Source: an uncultured Planctomycetaceae bacterium (GTDB lineage: Bacteria; Planctomycetota; Planctomycetia; Planctomycetales; Planctomycetaceae). From it: a stretch of DNA of 64,000 nt. Under the pieces are notes generated by a model. That model had not been told where the DNA came from. It was given only the letters and a program-made list of their open reading frames with translations, and searched no databases. The stretch spans positions 96,001 through 160,000 of the forward strand of contig CAWFAK010000017.1 of the NCBI GenBank assembly GCA_963813715.1, given 5' to 3'. Position numbers and translations under genes: made by a program. Shown piece by piece: positions 10,623-21,550 of the stretch (the first letter of the stretch is position 1; every line of letters begins with the position of its first letter).

Positions 10623-11505
10623 TTTGCATCTCCACGAAGATCTCTTCGAGGTTCAGATCCTCCACCGAGACGTCGGCATTCCAGCGGGTGCGCAACTCCT
10701 CCACGAGTCCGGCGTCCACCGAGGCCATCGCCACGAGCGCGTTGCGACCGTGCACCTCGGTCCGCAGGGCGCCGCCGATCGCGAACGTCCGTGGCAGATC
10801 CGCCCCAGCCGAGATGCGGAGCCGCTTCACGCGGTCCTTCAGGTGGTCGAGCTCGTCGCACAACACAATCTGCCCGTCCTTCAGCATGGCCAGGTGCGAG
10901 GCGATCCGTTCGAGGTCGGAGGTGATGTGGGTCGAAAACAGGATGGTGTTGTCGTCGCTCTCGGCCGTTTGCATCAGCGATTCGAGGAACTGCCGCCGCG
11001 CGACGGGATCAAGGCTGGCCACTGGCTCATCGAGGATCAAAAGTTTGGGCCGATGAGCCAGCGCCAGCACGATCGACACTTTTTGTTTCTGACCGAGCGA
11101 AAGCGGGCCGATCCGTTCGTTGGCCGGCAGCCGCCAGCGTTCGACCAGCTCCGCGGCGAAGGTCGCATCCCAGGTGGGAAAAAACGCCGCCGCGTAGGCC
11201 AGCTGCTGCCGCACCGTCATCCACGGCAGCAGCGCCGGCTCTTGCGGGACGTAGCCGATCTGGGCCTTGCTCGCGGCGCTCAGGTTCCAGGAATCCTCCC
11301 CGAAGACGCGAATTTCGCCCGACGTGATCCGCAGCAATCCCAGCAGGCACTTGATTAGAGTCGACTTTCCCTCCCCGTTGGTGCCGACGAGTCCCAGCAC
11401 CATCCCTCGGGAAACGGTGAGATCGACCCCGTTGAGCACGGGCTTCGCAGCGGACCGCCCGTACGATTTGTGCAGGTTGCGAACGTGGATGACGGCATCG
11501 GACAT
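10615..11505 (-). CDS. ABC transporter ATP-binding protein (YtrB-like)
   Basis: Walker A GTNGEGKST, signature LSLGQKQK, Walker B LLILDEP, H-loop STHI. Confidence 0.95.
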   Translation of the reverse strand: MSDAVIHVRNLHKSYGRSAAKPVLNGVDLTVSRGMVLGLVGTNGEGKSTLIKCLLGLLRITSGEIRVFGEDSWNLSAASKAQIGYVPQEPALLPWMTVRQQLAYAAAFFPTWDATFAAELVERWRLPANERIGPLSLGQKQKVSIVLALAHRPKLLILDEPVASLDPVARRQFLESLMQTAESDDNTILFSTHITSDLERIASHLAMLKDGQIVLCDELDHLKDRVKRLRISAGADLPRTFAIGGALRTEVHGRNALVAMASVDAGLVEELRTRWNADVSVEDLNLEEIFVEMQIA

Positions 11506-11538
11506 GCTGAACACCGCTTCCTCCTGGGCAACTTCCTC

Positions 11539-11947
11539 TCAGGCGCTGGCAGTTTCCCGCAAGTCGCGTTGCGAGCTTTTGACCACACTCAGCATTTGTT
11601 CGTCGGACAGCGACAGTTGGATCCCCCGCACGACCAATTGTTCGGCGAAGGGCTGCAATTCCTTGCGGCGATCGGCGACCGTGCCGCCGACATCGACCCG
11701 GTCGACGACCATCCCCTGCCCCCGGGACCGACTGACAACGCCCTCCGCCTCGAGCTTCGAATAGGCCTTGGAGACGGTCATCATGTTGATGCCCAACTCA
11801 GCCCCCATTTGTCGCACGCTGGGGAGCGTGTCGCCGGGGGCCAGTTTGCCCCCGGCGACGAGGGCCCGCACCTGATCCATGATCTGCCGGTAGATCGGGA
11901 CACCGGAGGAGGGATGAACTTCAAATTGGAGCGGGCGTCACTTGCAT
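11539..11947 (-). CDS. GntR family regulator, YtrA subfamily; extra base near 11933
   Basis: (MQVTP)LQFEVHPSSGVPIYRQIMDQVR...LPSVRQMGAELGINMMTVSKAYSKLEAEG; short C-terminus; precedes ABC genes. Confidence 0.9.
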
Positions 11948-11950
11948 AAG

Positions 11951-11989
11951 TGCATTACTACTGTAATACAGTCGCGGCCGTTCCGTCAA
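11951..11989 (-). promoter_or_regulatory. Sigma70-like promoter with overlapping palindromic GntR/YtrA-type operator
   Basis: Minus strand: TTGACG (11989-11984), then TGTATTAC-AGTA-GTAATGCA (11970-11951), an 8-bp inverted repeat with one mismatch, ending 3 nt upstream of the GntR start. Confidence 0.7.
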
Positions 11990-12082
11990 GCCGTTTGTTC
12001 GGAATTCGCGAAGATGCGATAATTTTCGCCGGTGCCATCAGGGCAAGGTTTTCCGCGACGGATTCGCTTTCGGGAGCATGGC

Positions 12083-12706
12083 ATGCGATCTCACGCGACG
12101 GTTGGGCGGATTCGGCAGAGCCTTCGCAATCAGTGGGCTTCGATCGCCGTCGTGTTCTCTTTGCTGACGATCGCCGTTCTCATGACGGACCGAGCCTGCG
12201 CGAGCAGCCGACGCCCGCCGTGCTCCATGCCCAGCCGCCCGAGCTGCCGGAACGGGCGCAGGACGACTGGTTCAACTCGCCGCCGCTCAAGCTGTCCGCG
12301 CTCCGCGGCCGGGTGGTCGTGCTTCACTTCTGGACTTTCGCCTGCATCAACTGCCGGCACAACGACGCGGCCTACAAAGCCTGGTTTCAAAAGTACGCGA
12401 CCAAGGGGGTCACCATGATCGGCGTCCACACGCCCGAGACCGCGCGAGCACGATCTCAAGCGGCTCAAAAAGAGCATCGAGGAGCGGGGACTCAAGTATC
12501 CGATCGTCGTCGACGCCGACGGCAAGACCTGGACGGCGTGGGGCAACCGCTGGTGGCCCTCGATCTACCTGATCGACAAACAGGGCTTCGTTCGCTACCG
12601 CTGGGATGGCGAACTCGGCTGGAAAGGGGCCAAGGGCAAAGCGATCATGGAAAAGAAGATCGACGAGTTGCTCGCCGAGGAAATTCCGGCGACAGCGAAT
12701 AACTAA
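12083..12706 (+). CDS. Exported redoxin (TlpA/DipZ-C-like thiol-disulfide oxidoreductase); 2 frameshifts
   Basis: WFNSPPLKLSALRGRVVVLHFWTFACINC, GVHTPE, then shifted frame KYPIVVDADGKTWTAWGNRWWPSIYLIDKQGFVRYRWDGE ending TAA 12706. Confidence 0.85.
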
Positions 12707-12765
12707 CCGTCTCAGCCTTGCCATCGTTGGGGGCGGGATCGGCCGCCGCTCGCGGAGAAATCGCC

Positions 12766-13599
12766 ATGTGCCAATGCCTGTCCCCGGGCGGGTTTCTGGG
12801 AAAGGTCGTCCGCCAGCAGGCTTGCGCCGGGCTGTCTTTGACGGAGACTCGCCACCCGGCGGGCGCCCGTTTGCCGCGGCATTGCCACGAACGGGCCTAC
12901 TTCTGCTTCATCCGCCGCGGCACCTATCGGGAGGAGTACGGGAACCGACAACGGTTTTGCGGCCCGCACATGCTGGCCTTCCATCCGCCCATGGAGGTTC
13001 ACGCGGAGCACGTCGACGCAGAGGAAGTCTGTTCATTCAATATCGAAATCACCTCGTTGTGGGTACGCGGATCCGCTGGCAGAGCCCTCCCTCTGAGCGA
13101 ACCCTTCGACTGCCACGCGGGACCGGCAGTGGGCCTCGCGGTGCGAATTCTTGACGAATTCAATTGTTTCGACGCGTCATCACCCTTGATCATCGAGGGG
13201 CTGACGCTCGAACTCTTGGGCGTTTGCGACCGGCAGGTGCGCTGTGAGACCGCCCCGCCCCGTTGGTTGCGGAGGGTCAGCGAGCTGCTCCGCGAGCGCT
13301 GCACCGACTCATGGAACCTGGCGGCTGTCGCGGCCGAAGCTGGCGTTCACCCGGGTTACCTCGCAACGTCATTCCGCCGCCATTTCGGCTGCACGATTGG
13401 GGACTTTGTGCGCCGCCAGCGGATTGCGCTGGCTTGCCGCGCCTTGACCGAGGACGACACGCCGCTGGCGGACGTCGCCTTGCGGGCTGGATTTGCCGAC
13501 CAGAGTCATTTCACCCGCGCGTTCAAACGCGAACTCGGACTGACTCCGGCCGCCTACCGGAAGGCGACGTCGCGCTCAGCAGACCGTTCCAAAAGCTGA
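12766..13599 (+). CDS. AraC family transcriptional regulator with cupin N-domain
   Basis: LPRHCHERAY cupin motif; AGVHPGYLATSFRR and AGFADQSHFTRAFKRELGLTPAAYR helix-turn-helix signature. Confidence 0.93.
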   Translation: MCQCLSPGGFLGKVVRQQACAGLSLTETRHPAGARLPRHCHERAYFCFIRRGTYREEYGNRQRFCGPHMLAFHPPMEVHAEHVDAEEVCSFNIEITSLWVRGSAGRALPLSEPFDCHAGPAVGLAVRILDEFNCFDASSPLIIEGLTLELLGVCDRQVRCETAPPRWLRRVSELLRERCTDSWNLAAVAAEAGVHPGYLATSFRRHFGCTIGDFVRRQRIALACRALTEDDTPLADVALRAGFADQSHFTRAFKRELGLTPAAYRKATSRSADRSKS

Positions 13600-13725
13600 A
13601 TCCCGTTCAAGAGCCCTCGCCTTCCGCTGCTTAGGATCGTCTTTGACGAAGTGGGCTGTCTCGCTCGTACTATTCTCTCCGAGCGCCCGTTTCGAAGTTC
13701 GAGTTTCTCCAAGGAGAATGGGTTC

Positions 13726-14858
13726 ATGAGAGGCAGTCGTGCGTGGCGGTGGGCCCTGCTTGCCGCACTGGCAGTATTCGTTCCGCAAACGTGCTCGCGC
13801 AGGTCCGATTCATGATCAGGCCGGACCAACCACCGTTGCCGATCGACGCGGAGACAGCCAACACGGTGATCGACGAGGCGCTGAAGCGGCTGGAGGCGGA
13901 GTACGTGTTTCCCGAAGTCGCCGCGCAAATGGTCCAGGCGATCCGCAAGCGTCAGGCTGACAAGGAATACGCCGCCATCAAAACCGGTCAGGCTCTGGCG
14001 GATCGGCTCACCAAGGACTTGCAGGCAGTCTCCAAGGACAAACATCTGCGGATCACCTGCAGCACCGATAAGTTGCCGAAATTGCCAGACGGGTCGGAAC
14101 AGGACAAGGGCCCGACGCCGCAAATGAAAGAAGAGATGCGGCAGATGGGCCAATGGATGAATGCCGGCTACCGCGAAGTGAAGCGTCTCAGTGGCAACGT
14201 TGGCTATCTGGCCGTCGATGGCTTCCTTCCGCCCGACGTCGCGGCCGAGCCGGCCGCTGCGGCCATGAACTTTCTCGCAAATACAGACGCACTGATCATC
14301 GACCTTCGCAAAAACGGCGGCGGTGACCCGGAAAGCGTCGCCCTCCTCTGTAGCTATTTCTTCGGGAGCCAACCGGTCCATTTGAACAGCCTCTACTCGC
14401 GCAAAGAAAACAAAACCGAGGAATATTGGACGCGCAAGGAGGTCGCCGGCAAACGTTATTTGAGCAAGGATGTCTACGTCTTGATCGCGCCACGGACGTT
14501 TTCGGGAGCGGAAGAATTCGCCTACGATTTGCAAACACAGAAACGCGCCGTGCTCGTGGGCCAAACGACCGGCGGCGGGGCGCACCCCGGCGGACTCGGC
14601 CCGCTTGGCGATCATTTCATGATGTTTGTGCCCACCGGCCGAGCCATCAACCCCATCACGAAAACCGATTGGGAAGGCGTCGGCGTAAAGCCGGACGTGG
14701 CCGTCCCCGCCGACGCGGCACTCGAGAAGGCTCACGAACTCGCAATCCAGACACTTTTGAAAAACGCCAAGGACGAGGAAGCGCGTGAACGGATTCAAAT
14801 GGACGTAAGGCGCTCCGGCGACCGACCGATGACCAAGGCGACGGCGAGGGTTCGGTGA
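13726..14858 (+). CDS. S41 family peptidase (IRBP-like), secreted; frameshift after signal peptide near 13785
   Basis: DKHLRI, LIIDLRKNGGG, TFSGAEEFAY (catalytic Ser), GQTTGGGAHP, WEGVGVKPDV. Confidence 0.92.
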
Positions 14859-14908
14859 TTCCCACTCGCGAATTTGGGCGGGCGACTTCGTCGACTGCGC
14901 CCTGTCGC

Positions 14909-16192
14909 TCAGCGCCGCTTCTTGCGGCGGACTGAAAACGGTTCGAGCGCCTTGAGCATGGCTCGCGCGGAGGGAAACCGGGCGGCCGGGTCTTTGGCGA
15001 GCGCGCGGTGCACGATCTCTTCCACGCCGGACGGAACCTGCGGGGCCCGCCGGCGGAGGGGGACCGGGTCATCTTCCAGCACCACCGCGAGCTTGTTCTT
15101 GTCGTCGAAGTCGAACGGAAATTCGTTGGCAAGATAGCGGTAAAGGGTTGCGCCGACCGCGTAGATGTCTCCGGCCGGCCGCGCCTGGCGGCAATCGATC
15201 ACCAGTTCCGGAGCGAGGTAGGCGATCGTGCCGCGGATGTCTCCGAGGCGCGAGATTTCGCTCAAGCCGGCATAGGCGTAATTCTTCGCCAGGCCGAAAT
15301 CGGCGAGCTTGGCGTTGAGTTTTCGCCCCTTGCGCCACAAGAGCACGTTCTCGGGCTTAATGTCGCGGTGCACGATCGACATCTCGTGCGCGTGGTCCAG
15401 GGCCAGCAGAATCTGACAGATGATCGCGCACGAGATCCGTGTGCGGGCGGACCCTTGTTCTTCGAGCACCGTTTCGTACGGGATCGCCGGAACGTACTCC
15501 ATGATCAGATGCAGCTGTCCGGAGTTGTAGCCGAAATCGAGACACTGCACGATGTGCGGGTGATTGAGCCGGCCCAACAGACTGGCTTCGCGCACGAAAA
15601 GCTGCATCGCCGCCTCGGAAGCCGATTGCCGCGGCGAAATCACCTTGATGGCGACCGGCTTGGCGGTCGCCGAATGGACGGCGCGGAACACCACGCCCAT
15701 CGAGCCGCTGCCGATCTCTTCTTGCAGCTCGTATCCGGGAATCTCGCGGACGGAGGCGAACTTCTTTTCGAGCCGCGTCTCGGTCGGCCTCTCGAAGGTG
15801 ATGGTCGACTTAAACGACCCCAGCACGGTGGGCGCGTCGACAGCGACGCGCGGCCGACCGGTGGTGACGCTCACCCGGATCTCGGTCTTGCCCCCCGAGA
15901 TCACGTCGCCGTCGCGGAGAAACGTGGCGTTGACGCGGTTCCCGTTGACGAACGTGCCGTTGCGGCTCCCCAAGTCGACCAGGTAGCAATCGGGGGGACG
16001 GATCTCGATCCGGAAGTGATGCCGCGAGAAGTGCAGGTCATCCTGCAAGCACAGATGGGACCACGACCCCCGGCCGACAAGAAACGTGTCGTACCGATCG
16101 AACTCGAAGTGCTTGCCTTGGTGCGGGCCGGAAGCGACTTCGAGGGCGACCCGCACGGTCTGCCGCTGCCGAAGCTCGGTGTCGCCAGGCAT
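14909..16192 (-). CDS. FHA-domain Ser/Thr protein kinase
   Basis: FHA motifs VGRG, SRHH, DLGSRNGTFVNG; kinase motifs IGSGSMGVV, VAIK, HRDIKPEN, DFG, APE. Confidence 0.95.
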   Translation of the reverse strand: MPGDTELRQRQTVRVALEVASGPHQGKHFEFDRYDTFLVGRGSWSHLCLQDDLHFSRHHFRIEIRPPDCYLVDLGSRNGTFVNGNRVNATFLRDGDVISGGKTEIRVSVTTGRPRVAVDAPTVLGSFKSTITFERPTETRLEKKFASVREIPGYELQEEIGSGSMGVVFRAVHSATAKPVAIKVISPRQSASEAAMQLFVREASLLGRLNHPHIVQCLDFGYNSGQLHLIMEYVPAIPYETVLEEQGSARTRISCAIICQILLALDHAHEMSIVHRDIKPENVLLWRKGRKLNAKLADFGLAKNYAYAGLSEISRLGDIRGTIAYLAPELVIDCRQARPAGDIYAVGATLYRYLANEFPFDFDDKNKLAVVLEDDPVPLRRRAPQVPSGVEEIVHRALAKDPAARFPSARAMLKALEPFSVRRKKRR

Positions 16193-16343
16193 CCGCCGGT
16201 CCCTGAGATGGATTCGGACATGCGGATTATCCCACGACCCAGTGGCGGCAACAAGAACCCTGATCGCGGGCAAGGGCAAGCTGAGGGTTAACCCCTAGAG
16301 GCGGTTTGCGAACCTTTTCGCCGCTATGCGGGGTCGCGCGCGA

Positions 16344-17823
16344 TCAGTCGAAGCGGGTTGATTCTGACAAGAGTTGCTTCTCGATCGCCAGGCCGAGCGA
16401 GCGCAACTTGCCGCGCAGCGTTGTCCGCGAAATCCCGAGAATCTCGCTGGCACGCAGCTGGTTTCCCTTGGCGTGGCGGAGCACCGTTTCAATGACCGTG
16501 CGATCGACGGCCGCGCAGACCTTGTCGTAAATATCGGACTGCTTGGATTGCAGCATGTCGGCGACGAGGGCCGCTACATCGAGCTCGCGCGGATCGGCAT
16601 CGGCCGCATGACGGACTCCGGGCGTTTCGAGGCGCATTGCGCTGCCGTCCCCTTGCAGGTGATCGGGAAGCGAATCGCGGGTGATGACTTCGCCGGCCGA
16701 TTGGATGTACGCGAAGCGGATGGCGCTTTGCAGCTCTCGAACGTTTCCCGGCCAGGGGTACGACTCCAGGATCCGCATCGCGTCGGGAGCAACCGAATTC
16801 ACACGCTTGCCGAACTGTCGGCTCAACTGAGTCAGGAAGTAGGAAATCAAAAGCGGCAGATCGTCCCGGCGATCGCGGAGCGGTGGGATTGTGATCGTAT
16901 AGACCCGGAGGCGGTACAACAGATCGCCCCGGAATCGGCCGGCGGCGACCAGTTCGTCCAGGTTCTGGTTGGTGGCGGCGATCACGCGGACGTCGGTGCG
17001 GATCGTTTCCTCGCCGCCGACCCGCTCAAACTGCTGCTCTTGCAACAGCCGCAGCACTTTGGGCTGCGTCGTCAGCGTCATGTCGCCGATTTCGTCGAGG
17101 AACAGCGTTCCGCGGTTGGCCTGCTCGAACTTGCCGATGCGGCGGCGGTCGGCCCCGGTAAACGCCCCCTTTTCGTGGCCGAACAGCTCGCTCTCGAGCA
17201 GTCCTTCGGGAATGGCGGCGCAGTTGATGGCCAGGAACGGCCCTTCGCTGCGGAGGCTGTGCTGGTAGATGGCGCGGGCGACCAGTTCTTTGCCCGTCCC
17301 GCTTTCACCCTGGATCAGCACCGGCACGTCGAGCGGCGCGACGCGGCCGATGCACTTATAAACTTCGCTCATGGCGGACGTGTCGCCCACGATGCGATCG
17401 ACGCGTTCGTCGTCGGCTGAACCTTCATCGGGAAAGACGGCCGGCACGTGCCGCAAACGGCTGAGCTCGACCGCCTTGGCCACGAGCGTGCGGAGCGACC
17501 GGAAGTCGACTGGCTTGAGCAAGTACTCGAACGCGCCGCGCTTCATCGCTTCGATCGCCGTGTCGGTGCTGCTGTAGGCGGTCATGATGATTACGGGCAA
17601 CCGCGGATCGAGCTGGCGGATGCGGTCGAACGCATCGAGCCCCGACATATCGGGCAAGCGGACGTCGAGCAGCACCGCGTCGGGCGGCTGGCGGCGGACC
17701 TGATCGATTCCCTGGCTGGCGTTCGCGGCGGTGACGACCTCGAGCGTCTCGGAGCGCAGGCTCTGCTCGAGCGAGTACGCGCAGGTTCGGCTCGTCGTCG
17801 ATGATGAGCAGGCGTGGACTCAT
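16344..17823 (-). CDS. Sigma54-dependent response regulator (NtrC/AtoC family); frameshift near 17780
   Basis: Receiver LLIIDDE...LLDVRLPD; AAA+ GESGTGKE, GAFTGA, FLDEIG, WPGNVREL; Fis-type HTH LGISRTTLR. Confidence 0.95.
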
Positions 17824-17895
17824 GTTTGTCTGCCGACTCGCGGCGACGCCCAACCGGCGTCCGGTCTGACCCCCTGGAGGCCAAGGGCTCGAAGG

Positions 17896-20800
17896 TCAGT
17901 GCGCCATGCTGCCGGCCGAAGCCGGCGGTTCTCGGTGTCCATAGAAGCTATAGAGCACGGGCATCAGGTAACGGGTTAGAAACAACGTGGTGATCATGCC
18001 GCCCACCACCACAATGGCCAGCGGCTTTTGCGTCTGTGAACCGATCTTGGTGGAAATGGCGGCCGGCATCAGGCCGAAAATCGCCGTGAGCGCGGTCATC
18101 ATCACGGGGCGGACTCGCTTTTCGGCACCGGTGAGGATGGCCTCCTCGACCGGCAGCCCCTGCAAGCGAAGCTGGTTGAAATAGGCCAACAGCAACAGAC
18201 CGTCCATGATGGCGACGCCGAAAATCGAGATGAAGCCGACGGCCGCCGAGATGTTGAAGTTCGTCCCCGTGAGCAAGAGGGCCCAAACGCCGCCGATCGA
18301 CAGGTCGATCACATTCGAGAAGACGATCACTGCGTCGAGCACGTTGCGGAAGGCGATATAGAGCAGCAGGATGATCATCCCCAGCGAGAGAGGCACGATG
18401 ACCATCAGCCGCGCCTCGGCGTCCTGCATTTCCTCGAATTCGCCGCTCCAGACGGAGTGATACGGCGCCTCGAACAGGTCCTTGGTTTTCGCCTGTGCCT
18501 CGTCGACGGCGCCGGCCAGGTCGCGGCCGCGGACGCTGAACTTGATCGCGATCAGCCGCTTGCCCTGTTCGCGATAGATCGTCGAAGCGCCGTGCTGCTG
18601 ATATTGGCCGTCCGGCAGCGGAGCTCCGTCCTCGCCGACCGGCGAAACCAGGTCGCGGAGCCGCAGCCGCGGCGTGTTGCTGATGATGTTCCCGGTGTTG
18701 GCCTGCGCTCCGACGTTGGACGGCGTCGCGTTGCCGGTGCCGATCGAGGTCGGGACCACGCCCGGGCCCGTGTTCTGCACGACGTTGTTGTTGATGATGT
18801 CGACCGGGATGTCGAGGATGTCGGCTTCGCTGTTCCGCAGCCGCTTGGGCCAGCGGACCGAGATGTCGAAAAGTTTTTCGCCTTCGACCATGCTCGACAG
18901 GGCCCGCGCCCGAGCGCGCTCGTCACCACATTGTTGACGTCGGCCGTCTGCACGCCCCAGCGCTGGCACTTGCTCGGATCGACGCGCCATTCGAGGTGTG
19001 ATTGGCCACGAATGTGAAAGATGCCGACGTTCTCGATGCCCCGCACCTGCTGCAGAACATTCTTGGCCTTGGCCGCCAGCAGCTCGAGGCGATCCAGGTC
19101 GGGCCCGAAGATCTTGACCGAGTTGTCCCCTTTGATGCCGGACAGGGCCTCCATCACGTTGTCGCGGATGTTCTGCGAAAAGTTCCAGGTGATGCCGGGG
19201 AGCTTTTCACCCAGCTCGGCGTTCATTGCGTCGACAATTTCATCCTTCGTCCGTGCCCGCTTGGCCCCCAACATCCAGCGCTGCCATTTGGGACGTTCGA
19301 CCAGCAGAGGCCAGTCTTTCTCCGGTCGCAGCGGGACGAAGTATTCGCTGTTGTAGTAGCCGTCGGTGTCGGTCGCGTCGTCGGGTCGGCCGAGCTGGTT
19401 GACGATCGACTCGACCTCGGGATAGGTGGCCATGATGGCCCGCGCCTGGGCCGAAAGCTGCGTATGCCTGGGAAGCGAGATATTGAGCGGAGCGGTCCCG
19501 CGAATCCACAGGTTGCCCTCTTCCAGCGCGGGCATGAATTCGCGGCCCAAGAGGGGCAAGAGTGCAGTCGTGCAGATCGTAAGCGCCGCCATCACGCCGA
19601 CCGTCGCGTAGGGGTGCCGCAGACAGAACCGCAGGTTTCGCAGGTAGCGGGCTTTCATGCCGCGGACGAGCCAGTTGTCCGGCGCCGCCTTCAGGTTCTT
19701 GAAGCACAACAGGCACATCACCGGGGCCATGGTCAGCGCCAAGAACAGCGCGCCGCAGAGGGCGAACGCGTAGGTATCGGCCATCGGCCCGAAGATTTGC
19801 CCTTCCGGTCCCTGCATCGTGAACAGCGGGACAAAGGCGCAGACCATGATGGCCGTCGTGAAGAACAGGCCCCGCTCGACCTCGTGCGTCGCCTTGAGGA
19901 TCCGTTCTCTCAAGCTGAGCTCGGGATATTCGCCCGAGCTCAGATGGCGATAGATATTTTCGACCATGATCACCGACGAGTCGACGATGATCCCGAAATC
20001 GACCGCCCCGATCGACAGCAGGTTGGCCGACATGCCTCGCATATAGAGGATGGAAAACGCGAAGCAGAGGGCCAGCGGCACGTTGATGGCGACGATCAGC
20101 GCGCTGCGGACGTTGCTCAGGAACATCAAGAGCACGATCGTCACCAGCCCCATCCCCAGGAGCAGGTTCTCCCGGACCGTTTCGGTCGTGACGCCCAGCA
20201 GTTCTCGGCGGTCGTAGTAGGTCTCGATCTTGACGCCGGGCAGCATCCGCCCGCCCTTGGGATCGTTCAGCTCAGCGACCTTGGCCTCGACGTCTTTGAG
20301 CGCCGGCAGCGTCTCTTCGTTCTTCCGCAACAGCACGATGCACTCGACGACGTCGGGCTCGTCGTGGCCGATTTGCGCCAGGCTCTGCGCCGATCGCGGC
20401 GGGCGTTCCTTGTCGGCCCTCCAGTAGCCGATCCGGCCCGAGCGCGTCTGATGGCTGACGACGACGCCGCGGTCGGTCATTTCGCCCGGCGATGCTCGTC
20501 CCCCCTCGACGACGTCTTCCACGCGGACCGGCTGGTTGTTGGTCGAGGTGATGACCAGCGAGCGGATGATCCTGCAAGCGGCGCTGCTCTTCGGCCCGCA
20601 GGATGGCCGAGGCTGCGACGGGCTCTTCAGTCCGAGCACTTTGACGGTCGGATCGGTGCCGCCGCCGAACAGGCCGACGCTGCGGACGGTCATCGCGACT
20701 TCGCCCTGGTCGACGTAGTCGCCCCCGACGGTCGCGTTGCTGTTGGAAATGGCGTTCTGCAGCTGGATCAGCGTGAGGCCGAATTTCCGCAACAGATCGG

Positions 20801-21395
20801 GATCGGGCTGAACTTCGTAGCGGCGGACCGTGCCGCCCCAGCCGCAGACGTCGACGATCCGCGGCACCGTGCGGAATTCGCGCTCGAGCACCCAGTCCTG
20901 CAGGGCCTTCAGGTCGTTCAGCGTGTAAATTTCGCGGCCGGCCGCATCCTTGGGCGAGTTGAGCACGTAGCGGTAAATTTCGCCGGTCGGCGACTCGGGA
21001 GAGATCTGCGGCGTGACGTTGGCGGGCAGCGGCTGCGAAATGGTGGCCAGCCGGTTGATGACTTCCTGGCGGCCGGCCTCGTAAGTGTAGTTGCGGCCGT
21101 AATTCCAGTTCATTTTGAGGTCGCTCAATCCGTAGAGCGACTTGCTGTGAATCGAATTGAGCCCGGGCATGCCGGCAAACGTGATCTCCAGCGGCACGGT
21201 GACCTGGCGCTCGACTTCTTCGGCCGACGCACCGGGGAACTGGGCGAAGACTTCGATGATCGCGGGCGCCGGGTCGGGATACGCCTCGACGTTGATGTTG
21301 AGAAACGAATACATCCCGACAATCGAGAGCGCGATCGAGAACAGAATGACGACGAGCGGGTTATGCAGAGCCCACTCGATCAGTTTGCGAACCAT
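17896..21395 (-). CDS. CzcA/CusA-family heavy-metal efflux RND permease; frameshifts near 18912 and a compensating pair near 20570-20605
   Basis: EAYPD, EEVERQVTVPLE, TM4 SIGAVDFGIIVDSSVIMVEN, REFMPALEEG, RVRPVMMTAL, QKPLAIVVVGG. Confidence 0.93.
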
Positions 21396-21550
21396 CGAAG
21401 ACGATCCAACCGAAATTCGGGTGTTGGTTGTTTGTTCGGGCGCTTCGGGGGAGTCGGCCCGTTACGTGGCCCATCTCCGTCGGGAGACACTCGGGGCCAG
21501 AGACTTCCTTGGGACTTGCTCTGCCGGACGTTCCCAGCTGCCGCAAGGCG

